DNA from: Candidatus Poribacteria bacterium
GTDB taxonomy: Bacteria > Poribacteria > WGA-4E > PCPOR2b
DNA: 64,000 nt
Assembly (NCBI GenBank): GCA_965208325.1
Contig: OZ242326.1
Location: 1,856,001 to 1,920,000, forward strand
Direction: 5' to 3'
Positions 39,553 through 50,500 of this stretch are shown here, one piece after another; positions within the stretch are counted from its first letter, which is position 1, and every line of letters starts with the position of its first letter. A program made the position numbers and the translations under genes. The notes below the pieces were generated by a model. That model ran no database searches, was not told the DNA's origin, and saw nothing but the letters and a program-made list of their open reading frames with translations.

Positions 39553-40809
39553 GTGGTGATGTCGAGGCGGAAGGGTGTACTGTTGCTGCTGCCCACGCGA
39601 ACGTACCGTGCAACCGACTTCTTGGCGGCGGCAGCGCGGTTAGAAATAGAGGTCGTGGTGGGTTCGGACCGCCCTCAAACGCTATCCGAATTGTCGCCCC
39701 GCAAGACGCTCACGCTCAACTTTCAGGACGCGGCAAAAGGGACACAAGAAATTGTCCGCTTTGCGAACGCATATCAAATTGATGCGATCATCGGCGTTGA
39801 CGACGACACGACTATGCTTGCGGCAACGGCGTCGAAAGCGTTGTCTTTTCCGCACAACAGTGTGGAAACCGCTTACGCCACTCGAAATAAATACCGTATG
39901 CGGAAGGCGCTAGCCGACGCCGGCATTCGCTCGCCCCGGTTCAATGTCTTTTCAACGGACGAAAATCCCGCGACGCTCGTGGATCAGATTGGCTTTCCGT
40001 GCGTTGTGAAACCCCTTTCTCTTTCTGCGAGCCGCGGTGTGATTCGCGCCGACGGACCGGATGAATTCGTCGGGGCATTTCGTCGGGTAGCCGCGATTTT
40101 GCAAACCTCAGACGTTGGCAATCGAGGCGATGCCGAAACGCAACAGGTGCTGGTTGAGCGTTACATTCCCGGGATTGAGGTTGCCTTGGAAGGCATTCTT
40201 TTGGGCGGCAAGCTCAAAACGCTTGCGATTTTTGACAAACCCGATCCGTTGGACGGCCCGTTTTTCGAGGAAACGCTATATATCACGCCTTCAAGGTTGC
40301 CAGACCATTTGCAGGAGGAAATCGCCGGCGTTACGGCGCATGCGGCGAAATCGCTTGGCCTGCTGGAGGGGCCTGTTCATGCAGAACTACGGTTGAATGA
40401 CGAAGGCGCATGGCCACTTGAGATTGCGGCGAGATCCATCGGCGGGCTTTGCTCGCGCACATTGGGCTTCGGCACAGGTATGTCGTTAGAGGAGCTAATC
40501 CTGCGACATGCGGTCGGTATGGAGGTTCAATCGTTGGAACGTGAAGCCGCGGCGGCGGGCGTCATGATGATTCCCATCCCCCGCCCTGGCATCTTGCGTG
40601 AGGTAAGAGGCAAATCGGAAGCCGAGCGGGTCACCGGCATTGAGGGCATTACCATCAGTATCCCGCTGGGACAAACGGTTGTTCCGCTCCCGGAGGGTTC
40701 ACGTTACCTCGGTTTCATCTTCGCGCGGGGGAATGCCCCCGCAGATGTCGAGCAGGCGCTTCGGGAGGCGCATGGACGGCTCGAATTTGTTATTGGTCAT
40801 CCTTCCTAA
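39553..40809 (+). CDS. ATP-grasp domain protein
   Basis: NKYRMRKAL, FPCVVKP..SASRGVIRAD, LVERYIPG.E, HAELR, LEIAAR.IGG. Confidence 0.87.
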   Translation: MVMSRRKGVLLLLPTRTYRATDFLAAAARLEIEVVVGSDRPQTLSELSPRKTLTLNFQDAAKGTQEIVRFANAYQIDAIIGVDDDTTMLAATASKALSFPHNSVETAYATRNKYRMRKALADAGIRSPRFNVFSTDENPATLVDQIGFPCVVKPLSLSASRGVIRADGPDEFVGAFRRVAAILQTSDVGNRGDAETQQVLVERYIPGIEVALEGILLGGKLKTLAIFDKPDPLDGPFFEETLYITPSRLPDHLQEEIAGVTAHAAKSLGLLEGPVHAELRLNDEGAWPLEIAARSIGGLCSRTLGFGTGMSLEELILRHAVGMEVQSLEREAAAAGVMMIPIPRPGILREVRGKSEAERVTGIEGITISIPLGQTVVPLPEGSRYLGFIFARGNAPADVEQALREAHGRLEFVIGHPS

Positions 40810-40837
40810 ATGACTCAATGTGGTGGGAACGCAGTTG

Positions 40838-41800
40838 GTGTAGGCGGGGCAAGATGCCGCGCATACGGGTGAAGGGTGTAGGTGCGGCAAATTGCGTTGC
40901 AAACGTTCGATTTGTGCGGGGTGTGGCAATGTTGAAGAAACCGAGTTTTGAAGAAAAAACTCGGTTTCAAAAGAGTGCCGCGCCTACAGGGCGACTAGCG
41001 GCGGGCGCAGGGAAAGATGAACCGCATACGGAGAGCGAAGAGCGCGGCAAGATGCCGCGCATACGGGTGAAGGGTGTAGGTGCGGCAAATTGCGTTGCAA
41101 ACGTTCGATTTGTGCGGGGTGTGGCAATGTTGAAGAAACCGAGTTTTGAAGAAAAAACTCGGTTTCAAAAGAGTGCCACGCTTACAGGGCAACTAGCGGC
41201 GGGGGCTGGGAAAGGTGAATCGCATACGGAGAGTGAAGAGCGCGGCAAGATGCCGCGCCTACGGAGGGGTGGCGGCACACGCACCGCAAGATACCGCGCC
41301 TACGGGTGAAGGGTGTAGGTGCGGCAAATTGCGTTGCAAACGTTGGATTTGTGCGGGGTGTGGCAATGTTGAAGAAACCGAGTTTTGAAGAAAAAACTCG
41401 GTTTCAAAAGAGTGCCACGCCTACAGGGCGCTGGTGGCGGGCGCAGGGAAAGTTGAATCGCATACGGAGAGCGCGGCAAGATGCCGCGCCTACGGGTGAA
41501 GGGTGTAGGTGCGGCAAATTGCGTTGCAAACGTTGGATTTGTGCGGGGTGTGGCAATGTTGAAGAAACCGAGTTTTGAAGAAAAAACTCGGTTTCAAAAG
41601 AGTGCCCCGCTTACAGGGCGACTAGCGGCCGGCGCAGGGAAAGATGAACCGCATACGGAGAGTGAAGAGCGCGGCAAGATGCCGCGCATACGGAGGATGG
41701 TGAGGTACGATACGCTGATTATCGGGACAGGGATGTCCCTCCCACAGTTTACACCATACCGAAATGAACAGTCGTTCATAGCCCCAGCAGAGACGTGTCT
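40838..41800. repeat. composite REP array, 190-239 bp spacing
   Basis: The same palindrome at 40937, 41135, 41374 and 41564, with REP copies. Confidence 0.9.
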
Positions 41801-41854
41801 AACACCAGAGACTTGTCGGTAATCGTAAGCCAACGGGGGAAGGTGGCGGCGGAC

Positions 41855-43720
41855 TTAGTCGATTCGCCGCCGTTGATAGAGCCACCACTCGACGGCGCTC
41901 AGGGCGACGGCAAGAAAGATTAGATAAATCCACGGCGGGTAACGCAGCAGGGCGGAGCCGCCGAGTCCGACCATCTCCTCGTCCAGTAAGTCTTCGATCG
42001 ACGGTGTTACACCGATTTGCGATTCCGATTCGTCCGTGAGGTTGACTGCCCAGACCTCCTCGTTCGCACCGACCTTTAGTTCATAGAAACCGGAGACGGA
42101 CGTCTGATCGAAGAGCAGTTGGCCGTCCTCAACCGCAACTTCCGTTTGCCCGCCCGACGGGGCGGTAATGGCAGCCGTTTTTACCGTGGAAGGAACCTGC
42201 TCGCTCAAAATCTCGCCCGTTTGAAGGTGGAAGTCTTCGATTGCTGATCCGCTACGAAACCACTGAATGGTGTTGGCAATAATCACCGGAAAGGCGATGC
42301 GGAGCGGCAGATCCGATTTCAGGATGTCGATGGCAGCAAATACAATTTTGCGATTTGCGGTAGAATCAACAATCAACAACGGGTCGTCAAAAGAACGCAC
42401 CAGGACTTTGGCGTGCGGGGGCGGTGTGACCTGATAGGCTTCCCCGATTAGGACGTTGTCGAGTTGGACGTAGCGGAGGATGGGATGACCGCGCGCCCAA
42501 TCGGTAACAATGGGCGATTCGAGCGGTTCTCCAATCTCCCACATGGCACCGTCTTTCGGCGGATAGATGAACATATAATTGCCATCGCCGAGTTCGGGCG
42601 GGCTGTACCGGTCAAAAATCGTCACGCCCCCACTGACGGGATCGTATTGATCTGGATTAATGACCGTTACATCCAACTTTTCATCAACGGCGAGCGCATT
42701 TTCGAGGAATGTGTTACCGCGCGTGACGAGCAGGACAGGGATTTGCTCACGTTTGGGCAAGGCGGCGTAAGCGACGTTGTCGGTAGCGAGCGCATCATCG
42801 ACATTGATTGCGGCTTTTAGCCGGCCGCCTTCGAAAGTGAAATTGCTGAAGATTTCAGATTTGTCTTCGCCGGCGGCTAGCGTATAGGGGCGGACATCGA
42901 GGAGATTGTCGTTGAGATAGAGTTCCACGTTGAACGACTTTTCCACCTCTGAATTGTTGGCAACCGTTAACAAGGTCTGATAGTCGAAGGCGTTGACAAG
43001 GCTCTTCCGCACCCGAAACTGCGTGATTCCGACGTTATCGCTCACCGTGTCCGCAACCGGCATCAGGTGCAGCTTGACGTGGGGCGGCGGGTTTTGGAGC
43101 ATATCCGCGACCTGCTCACCCTGATGGGTTGCGCCTATCGCAAAGTCGCTGAAAACTACAATTTCGGGATTAGTATTGGTCTGCGTTACGGAATAGGCGA
43201 GCGACAGCGCGGGCGCCAAATCGGTCTTTACATCGGTAGGTTGAATCGCCTCAATGGCGGCGCGCAGGGATTTTTGATGGTTGGTGAACGGGCTTTGAAT
43301 GATAGGCTGCGTGTGGCAACTGATGACCATCATTTCATCAATATAGCGGAGATTATCTACAAGTTTCAGCGCATGTTCTTTAGCAGATTCGAGGCGTGTC
43401 TGCGTGTCGCCGCGGGTGTTCATGCTGGCAGAATGGTCGATGATTAGCACCATCTGACGCGCCAGTTTTGTCATGAATCCGAACTGCGGCCGAGCAATTG
43501 CGAGGACGAGCAGCGCTAGGAACAACAGCTGGAGAAGGAGAGATAACAGGTGTTTTAGTTTTTGGAATAGGGAGGTGGTTTGCCGCTCTTTGAAAATCTG
43601 TTCCCAGAACATCAGGGTGGAGACGGGCTCGCGGCGGCGGCGCAGTTTGAGGATGTAGAGGGCAACGATTGGAGCGGCGATGCCAAATAGGAATAGTGCG
43701 GTTGGGGATAGGAAGTTCAT
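41855..43720 (-). CDS. BatA-N-terminal / VWA domain protein
   Basis: MNFLSP..LYILKLRRR..VSTLMFW, LAIARP, IIDHSASM MIDAS motif, C-terminal TM EWWLYQRR. Confidence 0.88.
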   Translation of the reverse strand: MNFLSPTALFLFGIAAPIVALYILKLRRRREPVSTLMFWEQIFKERQTTSLFQKLKHLLSLLLQLLFLALLVLAIARPQFGFMTKLARQMVLIIDHSASMNTRGDTQTRLESAKEHALKLVDNLRYIDEMMVISCHTQPIIQSPFTNHQKSLRAAIEAIQPTDVKTDLAPALSLAYSVTQTNTNPEIVVFSDFAIGATHQGEQVADMLQNPPPHVKLHLMPVADTVSDNVGITQFRVRKSLVNAFDYQTLLTVANNSEVEKSFNVELYLNDNLLDVRPYTLAAGEDKSEIFSNFTFEGGRLKAAINVDDALATDNVAYAALPKREQIPVLLVTRGNTFLENALAVDEKLDVTVINPDQYDPVSGGVTIFDRYSPPELGDGNYMFIYPPKDGAMWEIGEPLESPIVTDWARGHPILRYVQLDNVLIGEAYQVTPPPHAKVLVRSFDDPLLIVDSTANRKIVFAAIDILKSDLPLRIAFPVIIANTIQWFRSGSAIEDFHLQTGEILSEQVPSTVKTAAITAPSGGQTEVAVEDGQLLFDQTSVSGFYELKVGANEEVWAVNLTDESESQIGVTPSIEDLLDEEMVGLGGSALLRYPPWIYLIFLAVALSAVEWWLYQRRRID

Positions 43721-43757
43721 AATATTGAGTGGATATTTTTAATGTTTTTGTTCAATG

Positions 43758-44130
43758 TGGGGTACGATACGTTATACACCTGCCGCCCGGATGGGGCTAT
43801 GGCTACGGGCGCGGCAAGATGCCGCGCCTACGGGGGGCGACGGGCGCGGTGATTTGGGCAACCGCAAGGGTTGCCCCTACAGAATATGTATCCGATGTAG
43901 GGGTAGCCGCTATAACCGTTGGATATTCTATCGCATACGCTATTCGTTCAGTTAGTCCTATTTAGTTGCTTGGTTCCGCGAAATTCTTTACGCCAGCGAA
44001 GAGCGCGGCAAGATGCCGCGCCTACAGGGGGCGGCCGCACACACGCCGAAAGATAAACCGCATACGGAGGGCGGCTGCCACATGCGCGGCAAGATGCCGC
44101 GCCTACAGAGGGCGGTGGCACACACGCCTG
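43758..44130. repeat. degenerate composite REP element
   Basis: Contains GCGCGGCAAGATGCCGCGCCTAC x3, GGGCAACCGCAAGGGTTGCCCCTAC and TATAACCGTTGGA as in the 346-bp unit. Confidence 0.85.
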
Positions 44131-44140
44131 GCTCCGAGGA

Positions 44141-45037
44141 TTAGGACACAAACCCGCCCATTCGAAAGATGCGCAAGATGAGTTCATCAAAAGGCAATTC
44201 CGTGGCTGTGCGGATGAATCCTATTTCACGCTGCACACAGTAGCGGTCGAGGTCGCCGCAATACTTCTGGAACAGCGTTTTGTATCGTTTGAGGTGGCTT
44301 TCGTTGATAGTGACGGGACGAAGCTGATTCGTTTCCATATCGACGAGGTGGTAGTCACCGAGCAATTCGGGATTCACCTCTTTGTCGTCAACGATGTGGA
44401 TTAAGAATAGGTCGTGTTTCTGAAATTTTAACACGTTTAGCCCGTCGGTAAATCCGCGCGGATCAAAAAGGTCCGAGATTAGCACTACCAATCCGCGGCG
44501 TTTGGCGGTGTGCACAAAGTTGCTGAAAGCGGTTTGAAGATTGGTTTCGCCAGCGCCGCCGATCCGATCGAGGAAATCGAGCACCGTAAAGATTTTGCCC
44601 TTCCCGCGCTCCGTCGGCAGCCGATTCAGGTCTGCTTCGGTAAAGGCGGTGATGCTGACGCGGTCGAGATTCGACAAGCCGATATAGGCGAGCGCGGCAG
44701 CGACACGTTTGGCGTACAGCAATTTCTGGGGGTCGCCGTAGGTCATTGACCGGCTGGCATCCACGAGAAAGTAGATGTGTAGGTCCTCGCGTTCTTCATA
44801 GAGTTTCAGCAGGAGTTCGTCGAACCGAGCGAAGGCGTTCCAGTCGATATAACGGAAATCGTCGCCGGCGGTATAGTTACGGTAGTCGGCGAACTCGACG
44901 CTCACGCCGCGGCGAGTGCTGCGGCGTTCGGCCTTGATTCTGCCGGCGAAAATCTTTTTCGAGACGATGTAGAGGTATTCCAGTTTTTTCAGAAATTCGC
45001 TGTCAAAGGCGGATTGGGTAGATTGAGTTTCGTTCAT
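44141..45037 (-). CDS. DUF58 domain protein
   Basis: GVSVEFADYRNYTAGDDFRYIDWN, LVDASRSM, LISDLFD; probable ATG at 45037. Confidence 0.9.
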   Translation of the reverse strand: MNETQSTQSAFDSEFLKKLEYLYIVSKKIFAGRIKAERRSTRRGVSVEFADYRNYTAGDDFRYIDWNAFARFDELLLKLYEEREDLHIYFLVDASRSMTYGDPQKLLYAKRVAAALAYIGLSNLDRVSITAFTEADLNRLPTERGKGKIFTVLDFLDRIGGAGETNLQTAFSNFVHTAKRRGLVVLISDLFDPRGFTDGLNVLKFQKHDLFLIHIVDDKEVNPELLGDYHLVDMETNQLRPVTINESHLKRYKTLFQKYCGDLDRYCVQREIGFIRTATELPFDELILRIFRMGGFVS

Positions 45038-45077
45038 GGCGAGGCAGCCTCTTGAAATGTAGGTTGCGCAATCGTCG

Positions 45078-46172
45078 TCACTCTGAACTTCGGCGGCTTC
45101 GGCGACCGATGATGACAACACCAGCGACAATCACTAAACCGATAATCAACAGCCATATCAGCGAACCGGATTCGTGTTTGTGCGATTCAGGTTCTTCTTC
45201 AGCCGTTTTCGACGGAACCTTGTCATCGCCGCCGAATAGCCTCTTCAAGAACGAACCGAGGGACGCCTTTTTGGACATTTTCATCGCCACCGACTGATCG
45301 CCGCCAGCGGTAACTGTCATTGGTTTACCTAGACGGTCTCCGTACCCCTCTTTAGTGAAGTCCACCAGGTAGCGGCCGCTAGGCAATCCGATTATCACGA
45401 ATTCTCCGTTAATGCCGGTCTGCGTTTCGTATTCGATGCCGGCAGGATTGACGGCAACCACTCGGACGCCTTCAATCGGGTTTTGCAGTGATGAGGTGTC
45501 AGTGACGCTTCCGCGTATGGTACCCATTTTAGACATCTCCATCTGCACATACTGGTCGCCACCCGCAGCAGCGGTAATCGGCTTGCCGACGCGCGATTTG
45601 TAACCGTATTTAGTGTAGTTCATCAGGTAGCGGCCGGGAGGCAAATGTATGATTTCGTACTCACCGTTGCTGTCTGTCAGTGTTTCATGTTCGATGCCAT
45701 CAGCATTAACGGCAACCACGCGGACGCCTTCAAGCGGGTTTGCAAACGGTGAGGTGTCAAGGACCATCCCGCGTACGATGCCAGTTTTGGACATTATTTC
45801 CGCATTCAAGGCGGGGTCTACCATGGCTATAGCCATCTCTCCCTTTTTCGACATCATCCGCGAAATATATTGAATGCCGCCGGCAGTAACTGTAATTGGC
45901 TTATCGGCACGCCTTTCGTACCCCTCCTTCGTGAAGCTCATCAGGTAGCGGCGGGGAGTTAAGCCGGCGATGTTAAACTCGCCCTTGCTATCTGTCAGCG
46001 TTTCATGTTCGACGCCATCGGTGCTATCGACAACGACACGAACGCCTTCGAGCGGGATTCCGGCGTGTGTGACAGTTCCCTTCACGGCGCCGGTTGTGGT
46101 ATTTTGAGCGACCACGGGCGTTAGCATGACCACCAGACTGCATAGGGTTAGTATTAGGTACAACCGTTTCAT
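45078..46172 (-). CDS. secreted protein with three carboxypeptidase-regulatory-like repeats and a C-terminal TM anchor
   Basis: Signal peptide; PLEGVRVV..ETLTDS.GE..GL.PGRYL..TK.GY repeated three times; C-terminal hydrophobic helix followed by a basic tail. Confidence 0.85.
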   Translation of the reverse strand: MKRLYLILTLCSLVVMLTPVVAQNTTTGAVKGTVTHAGIPLEGVRVVVDSTDGVEHETLTDSKGEFNIAGLTPRRYLMSFTKEGYERRADKPITVTAGGIQYISRMMSKKGEMAIAMVDPALNAEIMSKTGIVRGMVLDTSPFANPLEGVRVVAVNADGIEHETLTDSNGEYEIIHLPPGRYLMNYTKYGYKSRVGKPITAAAGGDQYVQMEMSKMGTIRGSVTDTSSLQNPIEGVRVVAVNPAGIEYETQTGINGEFVIIGLPSGRYLVDFTKEGYGDRLGKPMTVTAGGDQSVAMKMSKKASLGSFLKRLFGGDDKVPSKTAEEEPESHKHESGSLIWLLIIGLVIVAGVVIIGRRSRRSSE

Positions 46173-46214
46173 GATTTCCTCCGTATATCTAATTTGAAAT
46201 TACTGTGTAACCGT

Positions 46215-48416
46215 TTATTCCGTTGATTCCAACAGGGCGGGTACTTTCCACAGCAGAACGGTTCCATCGTCCGAAGCTGATGCGAGCATGCCGCCATCTG
46301 CCGCAAACACTATCTTTCTAATTGTGCCGCCATGCCCGTGAAGCGCAGTGATTGGCTGTCCAGTCTTACCGTCCCAAAGGCGAAGGGAAACATCACCCGA
46401 TCCGCCCGAGGCAAGTATGGCGCCATCGGGTGAAAATGCGACTGCGAAGACATACCACATATGCGGCAGCACGGCGATTATTTTTCCAGTTTGGACTTCC
46501 CACAGTCTGACCGTTCTGTCCTTTAAACCGGCTGAAGCGAGTTTAGTTTCATCGGGCGAGAACGCCATAGCGTAGACCGCGTCCGTATGCCCCACGAGCG
46601 CGGCAATTTTTAATCCTCTGTCAGTGTTCCATAAGCTGATGGTGTTTTCCCTTGACGGCAAAGCCAGTATCTTACCGCTGGGAGAGAACGCAATATAACG
46701 CACCGAATACACCCGTGCATTAGGTGTGGCAACTGTTAATCCCCTTTCTACATTCCACAGTTTAATCACTTTGCCCCCCGATTGATTTTGTGCTGTTGAC
46801 AGCGTAACGGCCCTTGCGCCGTTGGGTGAGAATTTCACGTCGGTGACTGCTCCCATTCCGCCGCTCAGTATGCCGCGCAATCGTCCGGTTTCGATTTCCC
46901 ACAGCCTGACCGTTCCGTTATCTGACCCCAAAGCTAGAATGGCGCCGTCGGCGGAGTAAGCGACCGCGGAGACCTTACCTGTATGCTCTTGCAGTTCAGC
47001 GATGACACGTCCCGCGGCGGTTTCCCGCAGTTGGGGCGGCGAGCCATCCTGCCAAGCGACAGCTAGTCTCGGATTTCTTGGATTCGTGTATTTGGGAAGC
47101 GTGTCGAGATAATTTCCTGTCTCGATATCCCATAGTCTGATTTTATCGCTAGACTCGGATGTGATTTTCGCACCGTCTGCCAGAAACCAAATATCGTCAA
47201 TGGGTCCCATGTGTTCGGGCAGCGAAGCAATCTCTTGATAGCGTTTAATCTCTCCATTTGGAGAAGGTGTAGGCGTTAACGCCCACAATTTGACCGACCG
47301 GTTCCAGCCGGGATCGGCAGGCGGCGATGATTTCCACCGTTTATTTAATCCGCCGCCACTTGACGCGGAAGCGAGCATTGCGCCGCCTGGGGAGAAAGCG
47401 ACGGAATAGACGCCTCCCTCATGTCCATGTAATGCGACAGTTGGCCGTGCAAAGGTTCCGGCTACTTTTTCGGATGAAGCGTTCAGGCGCGTTGAAGGGC
47501 GACCGTGAACCGCCCAGAGTATGACTTGGCTATCCGCCGACGCCGCGGCGAGTATGCTTCCATCGGGCGAAAACCTTACTGCATCAACCCAGCTACTTTT
47601 TTTTCCTCCCAGTCCGTGCAGCACACCAGAATTTCGTTTGGTTTTCACATCCCAAAGGTTAACCCCTTCAGGAGACCCTGCAGCCAGTATTTTCCCGTCC
47701 GGTGAAAATGCGACCGACTCGACTAATCCCGTATCCCCCCGCAGTGTTGCTATATGCCGCCTCGTCACAAATCTTTTGAATCGAGCGGCGATACTACGTC
47801 TGGTGCCTACATCCCATAATTTGACGGTGTCATCCCCTGACCCGGAGGCGAGCATGGCGCCATCCGGCGAGAATATGACAGAGGAAACTTCTTTACCATG
47901 GCCGTTAATGGTTGCAATATCAACGGCGGACTCTACATTCCACAGTTTAATCCTCCCGTCCTGGTCCCCGGACGCGATCGTCTTGCCGTCCGGAGAAAAG
48001 GCGATTGCCCTAATCCCAGAACGCACCCGGCGGTTGTACTCAATGAGTGTAGCGATGTTTTTCTGTGTCTTTACATCCCAAAGCTCGATTAGGCCCACCC
48101 CCGTTGACGCGAGAATCGCCCCATCCGGCGAAAACGCGACATTATTTACGCCGCCACTGTTGTTCCCGATGAGCCGCGCAATTTCGCGGGTTGTCTTTAC
48201 ATCGTAGAGCGATACGCCGATGGCGGTGGCTACGGCGAGCGTCTGTCCATCCGGCGAAAATTCAACCGCGCGGTCACCGTGACCGACAGCGCCTTTTCCC
48301 AGGCGGATAGGCGGTCCGAAATCCGCCGCCAGACATTGTTGGACAACACCGCCGGGAACGATTGTAGAAACGACAACCAATAGGACAAGCGTAAAATGAG
48401 GCGCACGCGCAGTCAT
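46215..48416 (-). CDS. secreted WD40 repeat protein
   Basis: Signal-like N-terminus, many V.FSPDG..LAS.S.D.TV.LWD repeats; probable ATG at 48416 after AAGGA. Confidence 0.9.
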   Translation of the reverse strand: MTARAPHFTLVLLVVVSTIVPGGVVQQCLAADFGPPIRLGKGAVGHGDRAVEFSPDGQTLAVATAIGVSLYDVKTTREIARLIGNNSGGVNNVAFSPDGAILASTGVGLIELWDVKTQKNIATLIEYNRRVRSGIRAIAFSPDGKTIASGDQDGRIKLWNVESAVDIATINGHGKEVSSVIFSPDGAMLASGSGDDTVKLWDVGTRRSIAARFKRFVTRRHIATLRGDTGLVESVAFSPDGKILAAGSPEGVNLWDVKTKRNSGVLHGLGGKKSSWVDAVRFSPDGSILAAASADSQVILWAVHGRPSTRLNASSEKVAGTFARPTVALHGHEGGVYSVAFSPGGAMLASASSGGGLNKRWKSSPPADPGWNRSVKLWALTPTPSPNGEIKRYQEIASLPEHMGPIDDIWFLADGAKITSESSDKIRLWDIETGNYLDTLPKYTNPRNPRLAVAWQDGSPPQLRETAAGRVIAELQEHTGKVSAVAYSADGAILALGSDNGTVRLWEIETGRLRGILSGGMGAVTDVKFSPNGARAVTLSTAQNQSGGKVIKLWNVERGLTVATPNARVYSVRYIAFSPSGKILALPSRENTISLWNTDRGLKIAALVGHTDAVYAMAFSPDETKLASAGLKDRTVRLWEVQTGKIIAVLPHMWYVFAVAFSPDGAILASGGSGDVSLRLWDGKTGQPITALHGHGGTIRKIVFAADGGMLASASDDGTVLLWKVPALLESTE

Positions 48417-48567
48417 TGACGGTTCCTTAACCACAATCTTTAGCGTATGTTTGAGTAATAGGCGGAAAAGCCAGGCTTGGGCGGCTGAGCCGTTGTAATC
48501 GTTGAATTTTCTATTGCGCTTTCTATTCATCCGTTTGATTAGGCCAAATGCGTCGCTCTAGCATTGG

Positions 48568-48872
48568 GCGCGGCAAGATGCCGCACCTGCAGGGCCTCGC
48601 GGCGCACGCGCGGCAACATGCCGCGAATACAAGGCCTCGCGGCGCACGCGCGGCTAGATGCCGCGAATACAAAGCCTCGCGGCGAACGTACGGCAACATG
48701 CCGCGAATACAGGGCGTCGTGGCACACGCGTGACAAGATGCCGCGCCTACAGGGCGTCGCGGCACACGCGCGGCTAGATGCCGCGCCTACAGGGCGTCGT
48801 GGCGCACGAACGCCAAGATACCGCGAATACAAGGCGTCGCGGCGAACGCGCGGCAAGATGCCGCGCCTACAG
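48568..48872. repeat. eight 40-bp tandem REP units
   Basis: GCGCGGCAAGATGCCGCG(CC/AA)TAC variants every 40 bp from 48568 to 48848. Confidence 0.9.
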
Positions 48873-48884
48873 GTTGCGGCGGTG

Positions 48885-49868
48885 TTATTGGATTTCCTCC
48901 AGCAGGTGTTGGATAATTCCGTCGGGGTCGATTCCTTCAGCTTCGCCCTCGAAGTTGAGTATTAAACGGTGGCGAAGGCTTGATAATGCCACGGCTTGAA
49001 TGTCTTCGCGGGCAACGTTGTAGCGGTCGTCAAGGATTGCCCTGACCTTGCCGCCAAGAATCAACGCTTGGGCACCGCGGGGGCTTGAACCGTAGCGGAC
49101 ATATTTTTTAGTTAGCTCGGGAGCGTCCGCCGAGTCAGGGTGCGTGCCCAACACAATCCGCAATGCGTACCTGCGGACATCTTCGGCGATGAGGATGTCG
49201 CGGACTATGTGTTCCAGTGCGTTGATTCGCTCCCCATCGCAGACTTTTTCAACGACAGGCATTTCGCGCTTGGTGGTGCGTTCCATCACGAGGTCGAGTT
49301 CGTCGAGGCTCGGATATTCGACCTTAAGTTTGAAAAAGAAGCGGTCGAGTTGGGCTTCAGGGAGTGGATATGTGCCCTCCATTTCCAACGGATTTTGCGT
49401 CGCCATGACAAAGAAGGGGGGTTGCAAGGTATGATGTTTTCCCGCAACGGTGACGGATTTCTCCTGCATGGCTTCAAGGAGCGCAGATTGCGTCTTGGGT
49501 GTGGCGCGGTTGATTTCGTCGGCGAGCACGAGATTGCTAAACACAGGACCGGATTGGAATTCAAAGAATTTGCGTCCGTCCTCGTCTTCGGCGACGACGT
49601 TAGTGCCGATTATGTCGGCGGGCATCAAATCGGGCGTGAATTGAATGCGGGTGAATCCGAGATCGAGCACCTCGTGCAGCGTTCGAATGAGCAGGGTTTT
49701 ACCCAAGCCGGGTACACCCTCCAAGAGTGCGTGTCCTCCGGTCATTAGGCAGATTAATACGCCTTCGACAATTTTCTCTTGTCCGACGATGCGTTTGGAT
49801 ACCTCGTCTTTGATATGATTGAAAACGTCGCGAAATTCTTGGTATTGATGTTCAAGTTCTTCCGACAT
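48885..49868 (-). CDS. moxR: MoxR family AAA+ ATPase
   Basis: LEGVPGLGKT, RIQFTPDLMPAD, LADEINRATPKTQSALLEAM, ATQNPLEMEGTYPLPEAQLDRF; probable ATG at 49868. Confidence 0.94.
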   Translation of the reverse strand: MSEELEHQYQEFRDVFNHIKDEVSKRIVGQEKIVEGVLICLMTGGHALLEGVPGLGKTLLIRTLHEVLDLGFTRIQFTPDLMPADIIGTNVVAEDEDGRKFFEFQSGPVFSNLVLADEINRATPKTQSALLEAMQEKSVTVAGKHHTLQPPFFVMATQNPLEMEGTYPLPEAQLDRFFFKLKVEYPSLDELDLVMERTTKREMPVVEKVCDGERINALEHIVRDILIAEDVRRYALRIVLGTHPDSADAPELTKKYVRYGSSPRGAQALILGGKVRAILDDRYNVAREDIQAVALSSLRHRLILNFEGEAEGIDPDGIIQHLLEEIQ

Positions 49869-49891
49869 GATTTCCCCCTTCTGAGAGCGAT

Positions 49892-50492
49892 TTGGGCAAC
49901 CGCAAGGGTTGCGCCGACAGAATATCCCTTCTATGGTGTTTGAATCGCTATAATCGTTGGAACTTTTGTCGCAATCCCAATTCAGCCGATTGATTCCGCC
50001 GAGTACCTTGCTCCGGCATCGAGCGCGGCAAGATGCCGCGCCTACAAGACGCGGTGACGCACGCCAAGATGCCACGCCGACAAGACGCGGTGACGCGCGG
50101 CAAGATGCCGCGACTACAAGACGCGGTGGCGAATGCGCGGCAAGATGCCGCGCCTACGGCGCGGTTTGGGATTGAACAATTTTCTTTAGAGCATGATTGA
50201 ACAATAGTCGGCAAACCCATTTTTGGATTTCTGTGCCGCTATGACCTGTCGCCCCGCTGGGGCTTTGGTGTAGGATGTATTTGAGTTTCTATATACCTTT
50301 CGCCCCGCTGGGGCTATTTCCTAAGGCAATTGGTGCATTGATATGGGCAACCGCAAGGGTTGCGCCGAGTACCATACTCCGGCATCGGGCGAGGCAAGAT
50401 GCCGCGAATACAAGGCGTGGTGGCGCGCGGCAAGATGCCCAGCCTACAAGCCATGGTGGCGGACGCGCCGCTAGATGCCGCGAATACAGCGC
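49892..50492. repeat. mosaic REP region
   Basis: GGGCAACCGCAAGGGTTGC x2, several GCAAGATGCCGCG copies, TGTCGCCCCGCTGGGGCT doublet. Confidence 0.85.
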
Positions 50493-50500
50493 GTGGCGGT

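Noticed and set aside
48568..48872. Second CRISPR-like 40-bp array
   Set aside because: The repeats are more degenerate than CRISPR repeats and the linkers are near-identical; it is a REP tandem
49869..50075. N-terminal extensions of moxR, and likewise of the WD40, tolC, thrS and DUF58 ORFs in the ORF track
   Set aside because: The extensions run through repeats or neighbouring genes; downstream starts have clear RBSs
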